This document shows positions 18,985 to 29,788 of a stretch of 64,000 nt of DNA, piece by piece. The notes beneath the pieces are model-generated. The model made no database searches and was not told the origin of the DNA. It saw nothing but the letters and a program-made list of their open reading frames with translations. Both the position numbers and the translations under genes were made by a program. Each line of letters opens with the position of its first letter. Position 1 is the first letter of the stretch. The DNA is from an uncultured Thermoleophilia bacterium. Lineage in GTDB: Bacteria > Actinomycetota > Thermoleophilia > UBA2241. The stretch covers positions 166,937 through 230,936 of the forward strand of contig CAVYDV010000008.1 of the NCBI GenBank assembly GCA_963767505.1, in the 5' to 3' direction.

Positions 18985-20696
18985 GTGACGCGTTTCAGCC
19001 AGACCAGGTGATCGGCGGCCGCTATCGCGTGGTCCGCAAGATCGGCGGCGGCGGCATGGCCGATGTCTACCTCTGTGAGGACCTCACGCTCGGCCGCCAA
19101 GTGGCCGTCAAGGTGCTGTTGGAGCGACTGTTGCACGACCCGACGTTCGTCGAGCGCTTCCGGCGAGAAGCGAAGGCAGCCGGGGGCCTCAGCAACGCCA
19201 ACATCGTCAGTGTGTACGACTGGGGCGAACTCGAGGGCGCCTACTACATCGTCATGGAGTACGTGGAGGGTGAGACCCTCAAGGACCTCGTGCGCCGCGA
19301 GGGTCGCCTCGGGGGGGCTGAGGCCGCACGCATAGCACTCCAGCTCCTGTCGGCGTTGTCGTTCGCTCATCGTCGCGGTATCGTCCACCGTGACATCAAG
19401 CCGCAGAACGTGATGCTGGACGGCGAGGGCAACGTCAAGGTCATGGACTTCGGCATCGCCCGCGCCGGCGACTCGGGCATGACCGAGGTCGGGTCGGTCC
19501 TCGGCACGGCTCAGTACCTTGCGCCCGAACAGGCGAAGGGGCTCCAGGTCGACGAGCGCTCCGACCTCTACTCGGTCGGGATCGTGCTGTACGAGATGCT
19601 GACCGGAGCGGTGCCGTTCAAGGGCGACACGGCTGTGACGGTGGCGCTCAAGCACGTCAATGAGATGCCGGCTGAGCCCTCAGAGCTCGTGCCCGGCATG
19701 CCCTACGCGCTCAACCAGATCGTACTCAAGGCGATCGCCAAGGACCGCGGCGAGCGATATCAGACGAGCGAGGAGTTCGCGCGCGATCTGAGATCGGCGC
19801 AGGCCGGGGGCCCTATCGGTGCCGCAGCCTTCGATTCCGAGCGCGGAGCGGACTCGCGTCATGGGCGTGCCTGTCGCTACGACCGCGGTGATAGCCGCAC
19901 AGCCCCTGGAGGAGAGCGTCTCGGAACGTCCTCCGAAACGCCGTGCCTGGCTGACCATCCTTCTGGTCGTCGCTCTTCTGCTGGCCATCGCTGGTGTCGC
20001 CTGGGGTCTGATGAGCGTCTTCGGCGGCGGCGAGACTGTGCCCTCGGTGGTGGGCAAGGGCAGGGCAGCAGCCATCGCCCAGCTCGAACAGAGCGGCTTC
20101 ACAGCCAACGTCGCCGGAGAGGAGTTCTCGGACGAGTACGCCGAGGGTCAGGTGGTGCGCCAGGCGCCTGAGGCTGGTACGGAGTTGCGCAAGGGCGAGC
20201 CCGTCGAACTGTGGGTGAGCAAGGGACCCGAGGCAGTGAGTCTCGCGGACTTCAAGGGCTGGTCGGTCGACGAGGTCCGGGAGTGGCTCAAGGAGAACGG
20301 GCTGAGCGGGGTGGAGAAGTCGGGCAAGTCGGGCGCCGTCGCTCAGGGCGAGGTCTTCAAGCAAGACCCGGAATCCGGGGCCAAGGTGAAGCGCGGCGAC
20401 TCCGTCACCTACTGGGTGAGCAGCGGTGAGCCACAGGCCACGGTGCCGGATCTCACGAACATGACGCCGGTCGCCGCCGAGGACGCGATCGCTGCGGCGA
20501 AGCTCAAGCTCGGCGCGGTGACCTCCGAGATCAGCACGACCGTGCCGGCGGGATTGGTGATCCGGCAGGACCCGCCTGCGGGCACCAAGGTGGAGAAGGG
20601 TTCGAAGGTCAGCTTCGTCGTCTCGAGCGGGCCTCCGGCGCCCACCCCGACGCCTACACCACGCCCACCCCGACGCCCACGCCTTCGTCCAGCTGA
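18981..20696 (+). CDS. pknB: Ser/Thr protein kinase with TM helix and three PASTA domains (PknB-type); about 2 apparent frameshifts (about 19830 and 20660)
   Basis: Track ORF 18981..20171 holds the kinase domain (GGGGMADVY, VAVK, HRDIKPQN, DFG, APEQ). ORF 19819..20790 holds the TM helix and PASTA repeats. The 3' end is set at TGA 20694-20696 after the (PT)n tail and is uncertain. Confidence 0.9.
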
Positions 20697-20908
20697 GTCG
20701 CCGGGCTCGGCGTCCATCCTCAAGCGTGGACCATGGACGCCAGCCCGGCGGCGGCGCAGCCGGGACTGGCCGGGTCTTGGTTCGCTGTGAGGCCGAAGGA
20801 CGGCGCACATCGCTGCGGGATGGCGACGCGGCCACCCCGGACGCCGGAGCGGGCGGGCAGCTGCGTTCCAGGGTGGTGCCCGCGATTGCCAGGCAGGGCC
20901 GCACCTTG

Positions 20909-20937
20909 TTGACGACCGTCGGGCCGCCGAGTATCCT
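20909..20937 (+). promoter_or_regulatory. Candidate promoter TTGACG-N17-TATCCT
   Basis: The hexamers sit at 20909-20914 and 20932-20937, 35-50 nt upstream of the possible starts of the MgtE-N/CBS gene. Found by eye only. Confidence 0.35.
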
Positions 20938-20971
20938 CGCGGCCCGCGTCAAGGCACGTGTGAGAAGGGAT

Positions 20972-22246
20972 GTGCGTCTGCCGGTGGACGACGAACCTGG
21001 TTCGTTGGCCCTATCTGAGCTTGAGGACATGAGCGTCATCGATAGCGGCGGCATCGCTGTGGGCGACCTTCTGGACGTGGTCGCTCGCTCGATTTCCGCG
21101 ACTCCCCTCGTCACCGGCTTCTTCGTCGAGTGCGGCGACGATCAGCTGCGCGTCTCGTGGGAGCAGGTCTCCGAGATCGACGTCGACAACGATGTCTTGC
21201 GGCTCGGTTGCCTGGCCGCCGAGCTGGAGCCGGCCTCGCTGGGCGGAGACGAGCTGGCGCTCGTCGACTCAGTCTTGGACAATCAGGTGCTGGACATGCG
21301 CCGCAGGGTCTTCGTGCGCGTGCAGGACGTCCAGCTCGCGGCGCGCGACGGGAACCTCGTGGTCACGGGCGTCGATGCCGGCTCGGCGGCTCTGGCGCGG
21401 CGCATCGGTCTCGGCTTCCTATCGCGCCGCCTGTCGCGGCGCGAGGGCGACAACGTGCCGTGGGAGGACGTGAATCTCATCGCTCTGCGGCTCTCGCGGC
21501 TGAGCTTCGTCGAGGCCTTCGCCGAGCTCACAGAGCTGCACCCCGTGGACATCGCCGACATCGTCAGCCAGGTCGGCCCGCGGGAGCGCGCCGCCGTGCT
21601 GGCCGCGCTCCAGACCGGGCTTGCTGCCGACACGCTCCAGGAGATGGATGCGTCGCTGTGCAGCGCGGCGATCCAGGAGATGTCGCTCGAGCGCGCCGTC
21701 GCCGTCCTCGAGATGGTCGAGGCGGACCGCGCCGCAGACATCCTCAGCGATCTTCCGGACGACCTCTCCCAGGAGCTTCTGGCGCGACTGCCCGACGAGC
21801 GCGAGGAGGATCTGCGCGAGCTCGCCAGTCACCGCGAGCACACCGCCGGGTCTCTGATGACGACCGACTTCGTCACCCTTCCGGTGAGTTCGAGCGCCGC
21901 CGCCGCGCTGGAATGGATCCGGCGCGAGCGGCCCGAACCGCATGCGATGACGTACCTCTACCTCGTCGATGCCACGCAGCGACTGGCGGGCATCACCACC
22001 CTGCGCGACGTGGTCCTGGCCGAGACCGACACGTCTCTCGCGGAGATCATGGACGACTCCGTCGTGGAGATCGCGGCCGATGCGGACGAAGAAGAGGTCG
22101 GCCGCATCATGACGAAGTACGATCTGCTCGCCATCCCCGTCGTCGACGAGGAGCATCGGCCGCTCGGTATCGTCACTCTGGATGACGCGCTCGACGGCGT
22201 ATTGCCCGAGGACTGGAAGCAACGGCTGCCGCGGTTCTTCCCGTAA
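20972..22246 (+). CDS. PRC-barrel + MgtE N-terminal domain + CBS-pair protein (no transporter TM domain)
   Basis: Within track ORF 20726..22246. It contains the MgtE_N-like segment HPVDIADIVSQV...AADILSDLPDDLSQELLARL and a tandem CBS region (SLMTTDFVTLP...YLYLVD...LLAIPVVDEEHRPLGIVT). The start is uncertain: GTG 20972, GTG 20984 or ATG 21029. Confidence 0.8.
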   Translation: MRLPVDDEPGSLALSELEDMSVIDSGGIAVGDLLDVVARSISATPLVTGFFVECGDDQLRVSWEQVSEIDVDNDVLRLGCLAAELEPASLGGDELALVDSVLDNQVLDMRRRVFVRVQDVQLAARDGNLVVTGVDAGSAALARRIGLGFLSRRLSRREGDNVPWEDVNLIALRLSRLSFVEAFAELTELHPVDIADIVSQVGPRERAAVLAALQTGLAADTLQEMDASLCSAAIQEMSLERAVAVLEMVEADRAADILSDLPDDLSQELLARLPDEREEDLRELASHREHTAGSLMTTDFVTLPVSSSAAAALEWIRRERPEPHAMTYLYLVDATQRLAGITTLRDVVLAETDTSLAEIMDDSVVEIAADADEEEVGRIMTKYDLLAIPVVDEEHRPLGIVTLDDALDGVLPEDWKQRLPRFFP

Positions 22247-22286
22247 GCGGTCCGTGGTGGTGTCGCTGGGTGCCGGCGTTTGCTTC

Positions 22287-22889
22287 TCAGACGGGCTGAA
22301 CGGACACCGCGCCCTCGGCCTGCCTCTGCCAGACCATGCTGTGGCGCGGGGCCGCGACGATCGTCGCGAGTTCGAGGCGGAATCGCGCCACCCCACCTCT
22401 GACCTGCACGGCGCGGAAGCCGCCTCCTTCGAGGACCTCGGGGTGGAAGAGGTTCTGCTCGCGGAGGTAGCCCCGGAACCGGTCGCCAGGACGGGAGCGC
22501 CGTAGGCCGAAGGCCTCGAGGGCCGTGACCCGCCGGAGCTTGAGAGCCGCCTCCAGCTCCATGAGGAGGAGCTGGAAACCGTGGAGGTACTCCTCGTCGT
22601 GGAAATAGGAGCAGGTGAGGACGTAGGCGTCCGGGGAGGGGGGGCCAGCCGGCAGGCATTGGCCGCGAGGGACGAGGCGTGCGGCGGCGGCATGCATGTA
22701 GCCGATGACTGCGTCGCCCTCGACAAGGGCGCGCCCGAAGAAGCCGGCCTCCGCCTCCGCCTCATGCTCCCACGAGCGGCGCAGGTCGGGTCCGGCGGGA
22801 GCGTCGTCTCGGCTCTGCCACCAGACACAATCGCGGCAGACCGGGGCGAGAAGGTCCCGGGTCGCGGTGTTGAGGTCGATCGCTCTCAA
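22287..22889 (-). CDS. Conserved hypothetical protein (possible acetyltransferase-like fold), N-terminal CxxCxWW motif
   Basis: Track ORF, 200 aa, intact, TTG start with AGGA 8 nt upstream. I do not recognise a family with confidence. Confidence 0.55.
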   Translation of the reverse strand: MRAIDLNTATRDLLAPVCRDCVWWQSRDDAPAGPDLRRSWEHEAEAEAGFFGRALVEGDAVIGYMHAAAARLVPRGQCLPAGPPSPDAYVLTCSYFHDEEYLHGFQLLLMELEAALKLRRVTALEAFGLRRSRPGDRFRGYLREQNLFHPEVLEGGGFRAVQVRGGVARFRLELATIVAAPRHSMVWQRQAEGAVSVQPV

Positions 22890-23062
22890 TGAGCACGTCC
22901 TGTTCCGGACTCCACGATCGCCAAGGACCTGCGTTGTGCGCTGACCTGCTGGCGTATGGAGCCCGCTGTGATCTGTGTGGCCTGCGGCGTGTGGTCTGGG
23001 TTACTCTGCAGGGACTACGCTGTACCTAGCTTCGTGTGCCTCGAGGGGGACTCCCGCGGCGT

Positions 23063-23092
23063 TTGCCACCTCTCGATGGGCTCCCCTATACT
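23063..23092 (+). promoter_or_regulatory. Candidate promoter TTGCCA-N18-TATACT
   Basis: The hexamers sit at 23063-23068 and 23087-23092, about 50 nt upstream of ATG 23143. Found by eye only. Confidence 0.35.
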
Positions 23093-23142
23093 CGGCCACG
23101 CGGCGGGGTCCGCGCAAGGCATCAACGACATCGGACAGGACG

Positions 23143-24585
23143 ATGGCAGCCAGCAACGACATGACGATCTACCGAGCCGACTGGGTCATTCCCGTGTCGG
23201 CGCCGGCCGTGGCCGACGGAGCCGTCGCCGTGAGTGGCGAGAGGATCCTCGGCGTTGGCCCTTCCGCCGATCTGCTCGCCGCCCATCCCGCGGCAACCGT
23301 GGTCGACGTTGGGCCAGCGATCATCATGCCGGGCTTCGTCAACTGTCACAGCCACATCGAGTACTCGTCGCTGCGCGGTATTCTCGACGATCGAGGAGTT
23401 CGGCGACTGGATCGTCAGCCTCATCGACGTGAAGGCGGCGCTGACGCCCGACGAGTATCTGGTGAGCGCGCGGCTGGGCGCCGTCGAGGCGATCGCGTCG
23501 GGGATCACGACGCTCGCCGACACGAGCTACGGCGGCGCGGCGCTGGAGGCCCTCACCGAGGCAGGCCTGCGCGGACGCGTCTACCTGGAGATCTTCGGCA
23601 TCGACGACGCGCGCATCGACGAGACCATGGCCGAAGTCGAGCGTCGCCTGGCCGAGGTGCGCAAGCTGGCGCCCGCCGCGGCTGGATGTCGGGCTGTCCC
23701 CGCACTCTCCCTACGCAGTATCGAGCCGCCTGTACCAGGCGATCTCAAAGCTGGCCCGCGAGCGGGGCCTCAGAGTGATGAGCCACGTCGCCGAGAGCAG
23801 GGACGAGTTGACCTACGTGCGCTCCGGCTCCGGCAAGCTGGCGCACGACTTCCGCGAGAAGATGGGCTGGGAGCGTATGCTCGTTCAGCCATTCGGCGTC
23901 ACACCCATCAAGTACCTGCTGCAGTGGGACGTCTTCGATTCGGACTTCCTCGCCGTGCACTGCGTCCAGGTGACGATCGACGACATCCGCACCTTGAAGG
24001 CGAAGCGGGTCGCGGTCGCCCACTGCCCCAAGAGCAACGCCAAGCTGGGCTGCGGGGTGGCGCCCGTGACCGACATGCTCCACGAGGGAGTCCGAGTCGG
24101 TCTGGGCACCGACAGCCCCGCCTCCAGCAACATCATGGACATGTTCGGCGAGATGCGCACGATGCTCTTCTTGCAGCGCGCCGTCGAACGCGACGTCACC
24201 GTCCTCGACGCGGAGCAGTGCGTGCGCATCGCCACGCTGGGCGGGGCCGAGGCGCTCGGGATGCAGGAGGACGTGGGCAGTCTCGAGCCGGGCAAGCTCG
24301 CGGACTTCATCGCCGTCGACGTCTCGAAATCCCACCTCACGCCTATCGGCAACCCCTACTCGGCGCTGGTCTACGGCGCCAACCAGGACGACATCCTCCT
24401 CACGGTCGTGGGTGGCCGAGAACTCTATCGGGACGGCCGATTCACGGGTCTCGATGCGGAGGCCATTCGCAACTCGGCTTCCGAGGTCCGGGGGCAGTTG
24501 CGGGCGCGTGTCCGCGCCGGGGACGTGCAGGTCGGCGCCGCCGACGTCGGGCTGGTGGCAGACGCCCGGGGAGGCGACACACTAA
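23143..24585 (+). CDS. Amidohydrolase-superfamily deaminase (MtaD / SAH-MTA-deaminase-like); about 3 apparent frameshifts, 3' end uncertain
   Basis: Assembled from track ORFs 22975..23778 (MPGFVNCHSHIEYS), 23234..24673 and 23775..25034 (MSHVAESRDE...HCVQV...AHCPKSNAKLG...GLGTDSPASSN...GKLADFIAVD). The end is placed at TAA 24583-24585, which needs one further frame change. Confidence 0.75.
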
Positions 24586-25198
24586 GTGCTGCTCGATCGC
24601 AGTCGTGTCAAGCGGTGGCAGAAGTGGGTGTTCGGATTCATGGCCGTGGTCATGGTCGGCTTCCTGGTCATGATCCCCTTGAGTGGCAACCTCGCCTGCG
24701 GTGGCAGCCTCGGCTGAGGACGAGATCGCCGAGGACATCGCAGCGTACGAGTCGGCTCTCGAGGCCGACCCCAAGGACGTGGTCGCGCTTCGGGGCCTCG
24801 CCGACACGTACGTCGTGCGCGCCAACCAGCAGGCGCCCGGCTCGGATGCGCAGCTGGCCGACTGGCGCACGGCCGCGGAGCTGTACGAGAAGGCCGCCGC
24901 CGTGCTCGCCAAGCAGAAAGGCGCCGAGGCAAGGCAGGAGGCGGCCGAGGTGCTCGAACAGCTCGTGGACGTCCATCTCTTTCTCGGCGAGTACGCTGAA
25001 GCTGCCGGCGTCTATGCGCAGATCACGTCCCTGACGCCCGACGACGCGCAGGCGTACTTCGACTGGGCGAACGTTGCGATCAACGCCGGGGACACCAAGA
25101 CGGCGGCGCTTGCGTTCGAGAAGTACCTCGAGCTCGACCCTGACTCGCCAGAGGCGGCCGAGGTGAGGGAATGGATCGAGCAGAACGCGGCCAAGTAG
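24586..25198 (+). CDS. TM-anchored TPR-repeat protein; one apparent frameshift near 24680
   Basis: A GTG at 24586 opens (V)LLDRSRVKRWQKWVFGFMAVVMVGFLVMIPL (not in the track). It continues in track ORF 24683..25198 with TPR-like repeats (ALRGLADTYV..., YAQITSLTPDDAQAYFDWANVAINAGD...). Confidence 0.6.
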
Positions 25199-25233
25199 GC
25201 GGAGTCGCCGAAGGCGACGAGGGAGTCCGGCCC

Positions 25234-25584
25234 ATGCCTGATATGTTCAGCGTCTTCAGCGAGCGGAGTGATGGCGCCTACGGCGTCGTCGTTCTCGCCG
25301 GCGAAGTGGACATCTACACGGCGCCGCGCTTCAAGGAGTGCATGCTCGAACTGCTCGACACGGGTGTCGAGAGGCTCGTCGTCGACCTGAGCGGCGTCAC
25401 GTTCATAGACTCCACAGCTCTCGGCGTGCTCATCGGCGGGCTGCGTCGGGTGCACGATGTCGATGGAGCGATGGTGCTGGTCGTGACGACCTCTGTCGTC
25501 GAGCGGGTCTTGTCGATCACGGGCCTGGATCAGGTCTTCGCCATCCAGGCCACGCGCGCCGCCGCCGGCGAGGCACTCGCCTGA
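25234..25584 (+). CDS. STAS-domain anti-sigma-factor antagonist
   Basis: Within track ORF 25171..25584. ATG 25234 has GGGAG upstream. VVVLAGEVDIYTAPRFKECMLELL...LVVDLSGVTFIDSTALGVLIG...ITGLDQVF is the SpoIIAA/RsbV pattern. Confidence 0.85.
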   Translation: MPDMFSVFSERSDGAYGVVVLAGEVDIYTAPRFKECMLELLDTGVERLVVDLSGVTFIDSTALGVLIGGLRRVHDVDGAMVLVVTTSVVERVLSITGLDQVFAIQATRAAAGEALA

Positions 25585-25673
25585 CGCGGTAGCGCGTCGA
25601 TCATCACGGCGGGGCCGCAGGACCTGTCTCCCGGAGACGCCGCTCCGCCGGCCACGTCAGTCGAGGTAGACGC

Positions 25674-27946
25674 TTGAGACTGATCGTCACCGAGAAGGAC
25701 TCCGCAGCCCGCAAGATCGCAGAGATCCTGGGCGGGACGGTCACGGTCAAGGAGCACGGGCGTGGCCGCCAGAAGGTGAACTCCTACCACTTCGAGCATG
25801 GCGACGACGAAGCCGTCGCCGTCGGGCTCCGCGGTCACGTGATGGAGACGGTGTTCCCCAAGTCGTATCGAAGGTGGAGTCTCAAGCACCTCGGCGAGAT
25901 GATCGACGATCCCGATCTCGCCTGGGTGGTCGGTGGCGGCACCGCCACCACGCTGCTGGCGCTGCGCAGCGCCGCCAAGGGTGCCACCGAGGTCGTCATC
26001 GCGACCGACTACGATCGCGAAGGCGAACTCATCGGGCACGAGGCGCTCGAGATCCTGCGCGGGGACGCGCTCAAGCGCCACCCGCACGACAAGCCCGACA
26101 AGAAGAGGACGAAGCCGAGCAGCGGTCGCCACGGGCCGCGGCAAGGCGCGCGCGTCTCTCGCCGCCTCCGGCGGCAACGGCGATCTGCGCGTGAGGCCGA
26201 TGGTGGACGCCGTGGCGGTCGACCGCCATGTCCGCGTCCGCTACTCGGCACTGACGCAGGAAGAGGTCCGCGCGGCCTTCGCCAAGCCGGCGACCGTCGA
26301 CTTCAACCTCGCCGAGGCGGCGCGCACGCGCCAGGACATCGACCTCATCTGGGGCGCCGTCCTCACGCGATTCATGTCGCTGGCGTCCTACCGCGTTGGC
26401 TCCGAGCACCTGTCGCTCGGGAGGGTGCTGACTCCGACGCTGCGCCTGATCGTGGACAGGGAGCTCGTGCGCCGGGCCTTCGTGCCGGTCCCCTATTGGG
26501 AGATCAAGGCCATGCTCGGGGCGGACGACGAGGAGCTGGAGGCCGCACACGCCAAGGGGCGTTTCTCCACTCCTGAGGGCATGGAGACGGTTCTGGCTCG
26601 GGCGACGGCGACGAGTGCCGTCGTCAGCGCCTGCAAGGCGCAGCCGTGCAGGGTCAAGCCGCCCGCGCCCTTCAACACGACGGCGCTCATGAGCGCGGCC
26701 GCCAACGCCGGCGTGTCCCCCGCGTGTGCCATGCGCGCGGCGGAGTCCCTCTACCTGGACGGTCTCATCAGCTATCCGCGCACCGACAACACGGTCTACC
26801 CGCCGTCGCTCGACCTGCACGGCAGCCTGGAGCTGCTGGCGACCTGGCCGCCGGTCGCGGCATCGGCGGCACGTCTGGCGCACCAGGCGAAGCTCACCCC
26901 GACAAAGGGCAAGAGGCGGACCACCGACCATCCGCCGGTCTACCCGGTGGGCGTGCCGCGCGGCGAGCTCGGCGGCGATCAGGCGAAGGTGTACGAGCTG
27001 GTCGTGCGCCGCTTCCTCGCGACGCTGCTGCCGGCGGCCGTGGTCGAGAGCCAGCGCCTGGACATGACCGTCGGCGAAGAGCCCTTCCTGGCGCGCGGCA
27101 GCCGCGTCGCTTCCGCAGGGTTCCTCGAGGTGTACGAGGAGTTCGCGGCCAAGCGCGACCGGACCCTGCCGTCGATGGAGGTCGGGCGACGTCCTCGCGG
27201 TGCGAAGGGTGTTCGGGGAGCGCGGGGAGACGCAGCCGCCACCTCGCTACGGCCAGGGGGCGTTGATCGAGCAGATGGAAGAGCTTGGTCTGGGCACCAA
27301 GGCGACGAGGGCCAACTTGATCCAGCACCTCTACGACCGCAACTACGTGCGCGACGATCCGATGGAGCCCACAGAGCTGGGTGTGGCGGTCATCGCGGGC
27401 TTCGACGTCGCCATGAAGGAGGCGCCGCTCGACATCTCCTCCGGCGAGATGTCCGCGGAGCTCGAGGCCGAGATGGATCGTATCGGCGAGGGCGCCATGA
27501 GGCGCGAGGAGGTGGTGCACGAGAGCCAGGTGATGCTCAAGCAAGCCTGGCGGCTTCTCGACGGCCACATCGACGACATCCGAGAGCGCGTGAAGGGCAG
27601 CGTGCGCGAGGACCTCGCGCTGGGTGAGTGCAAGCACTGCGGGGGCGAGCTCCGGGTCATACGCGGGCGCACGGGCAAGCGCTTCGTCGCCTGCGTGGGC
27701 AGAGAAGGCGAGACTCCGCGGCCGCCCGCAGCGAAGGCCGAGCGTCCGCGCCGCGGTTGCGGACAGACGTTCCCCCTGCCGCAGCGGGGCACCATCACTC
27801 CGACCAGCAGGAGCTGCGGTTGGTGCGGATGGCCAGAGATCAGGGTCGTCGGCGGCGGAGGGCGAGGACGCCCGTGGGTGCTATGCGTCGATATCGACTG
27901 CCCGAGCAAGGAGAAGTACCGCAAGCATCGCACGAAGAGGGCCTGA
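25674..27946 (+). CDS. topA: Type IA DNA topoisomerase with C-terminal zinc ribbons; 2 or more apparent frameshifts (about 26100-26200 and 27190)
   Basis: The TTG start has GAGG 8 nt upstream. Assembled from track ORFs 25674..26576 (Toprim: MRLIVTEKDSAARKIAEIL...ATDYDREGE), 25933..27627 (YPRTDN with the catalytic Tyr; core) and 27200..27946 (GTKATRA, CKHCGGEL..., CGWCGWPE...CVDIDC). It sits directly upstream of tmk-holB, as in Streptomyces. Confidence 0.9.
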
Positions 27947-27985
27947 CGTCGTGCGCGGCTCCGCGGATGAAGCAAGGAGCGACCG

Positions 27986-28648
27986 GTGACCGAACGGGGT
28001 GGATTCCTCATCACCCTCGAGGGCTGCGACGGCTGCGGTAAGACCACGCAGGCGCGCCTTCTGTGTGACCGCCTGGCGGCCGCGGGTCTGCCCGTCGGAC
28101 CCGCCGAGGCGCCCGGCTCCGTCGTCCGCGAGCCGGGCGGAACCCCGGTCGGCGAGGCCATCCGCGACGCGCTCCTGCACGGGCCGCACCATCCTGACCC
28201 CTGGACGGAGGCCTTGTTGTACGCAGCTGCCCGCGCGGAGCTCGTGGCTCGCGTGCTGCTCCCGGAGCTCGCCCGCGGAAGGGTGGTCGTGCTCGATCGC
28301 TTCGTCGATTCGTCCCTCGCCTATCAGGGGTACGCCTGCGGGCTTGGTGTCGACACCGTTCTGGCCGTGAACCGACCGGGCCTGCGCGGCCTGCTGCCGG
28401 ATCTCACCGTGGTTCTCGACGTGGATCCCGTCCTCGGCATGAGCCGCATCGAGGGCTCGCCCGACCGCATCGAGGCCCAAGGGATCGACTTCCAGAGGCG
28501 CGTGCGGCGGGGGTTCGCGACCGTCGCGCAGAGCTTCCCGGAGCGCGTGCATGTCGTCGATGGTTCCGGCGACATCCGTGCGGTGGCCCGCGACGTCGAG
28601 GCGGTGGTGCGCGGAGTCATCGCGGACGCCGGCCTCGTCGTCTCCTGA
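27986..28648 (+). CDS. tmk: Thymidylate kinase
   Basis: Track ORF, 220 aa, intact, GTG start with AAGGAG 7 nt upstream. It has the P-loop LEGCDGCGKTTQ and the DRFVDSSLAYQG motif. Confidence 0.95.
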   Translation: MTERGGFLITLEGCDGCGKTTQARLLCDRLAAAGLPVGPAEAPGSVVREPGGTPVGEAIRDALLHGPHHPDPWTEALLYAAARAELVARVLLPELARGRVVVLDRFVDSSLAYQGYACGLGVDTVLAVNRPGLRGLLPDLTVVLDVDPVLGMSRIEGSPDRIEAQGIDFQRRVRRGFATVAQSFPERVHVVDGSGDIRAVARDVEAVVRGVIADAGLVVS

Positions 28649-28656
28649 GGCGTACG

Positions 28657-29788
28657 ATGCTCGAGAAGATAGCCGGCCAGCAGCGGGTCAAGGAGCGTTT
28701 CGCGCGGGCGCTTCGTGAGGGAACCTTGAGCCATGCCTATCTGTTCACCGGGCGCGAAGGTCTCGCGAAGACGGCCTTCGCTCGCGAGCTGGCGGTCGCC
28801 CTCGTCAGCTCGTGCGGTGCCTGCGGCGCCTGCCCCGAGTGCGAGCGCGCGCGTCAGGGCCTTCATCCGAACCTCCATGTGCTGGAACGCGAGGGCGATG
28901 TCATCCGCGTCGATCAGGTGGAGCCGCTGATCGCCGATCTCAGCCTCAAGCCCTTCGGGGCCGGCTCTCGCGTGTGGGTGATTCCCGAGGTCGAGTCCCT
29001 GCATCCGGCGGCCGCCAACAGGCTGCTCAAGAGCATCGAGGAGCCGCCTCGTTTCGTGCACTTCATTCTCGTCACGGACCACCTCGAGCGCGTGCTCCCG
29101 ACCATCGTGTCTCGTTGCCGGCAGATCGAGTTCCGACCGCTGAGCGACGGCGAGGTGATCGCCTATCTCCAGACGGAGCACGGTCTCGAGGGAGCGACGG
29201 CCGAGGCCCTGGCGCGGCTGGCGTCTGGCTCAGTCGAAAGCGCCGAGCGGCTGGCGAGCGACGCGCTCGGACCTGCCCGACGCAGCGAGTACCTGAGGCA
29301 GGCGGCGATCCTGGCGGCCGGGAGGAGCTCCGGCACGGAGGCGGCGGAGGCGGCGTTCATCGACGCTCTCCAGCGCCACAAGGCGCGAATCAGGGAGACC
29401 AGCCAGGCAGACCTCGGCGCGTCGCATGAGCGACCTTGAGCAGCAGTTCCAGGAGAAGCGCGAGCTCAAGTGGCAGCAGGACAGCGCCGCGGCGCGAGCC
29501 CGGAGGGAGGAGGCGCGCCTCGGCCGCCTCGCGGCGCACGACGCCGTCGACGTGCTGGGATCGTGGCTGCGCGACCTGTGGGTGGTCGCCTGCGGGGCAT
29601 CCGAGGTACTCTGTAATTGCGACCGCGAAGCGGAGCTCGTCGATTCGGCCGTGGCCGCGCCAGAGCACTACGCGCGTCTGTTGTCGGTCGTGGCGCGGAC
29701 TCGCAAGGACCTGTATCTGAACGTCGATCAGAAGCTCGCGCTGCAGGCGTTGTTCGCGCGCTTCGAGGAGGTCTCAGGGAGTGCCTAG
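28657..29788 (+). CDS. holB: DNA polymerase III delta-prime subunit; one apparent frameshift near 29420
   Basis: Track ORF 28657..29439 (SHAYLFTGREGLAKT, CGACGACPEC, SRC motif TIVSRC) joins ORF 29426..29788 for the C-terminal domain. Confidence 0.9.

Noticed and set aside
24683-24718. Tandem 18-nt duplication (gtggcaacctcgcctgcg / gtggcagcctcggctgag, 15 of 18 identical).
   Set aside because: This is an in-frame 6-codon duplication (VATSPA/VAASAE) inside the low-complexity linker of the TPR protein. It is not a CRISPR or regulatory repeat. Similar short coding repeats occur in the Pro/Ser linker at 6395-6500 and the (PT)n tail at 20640-20690.
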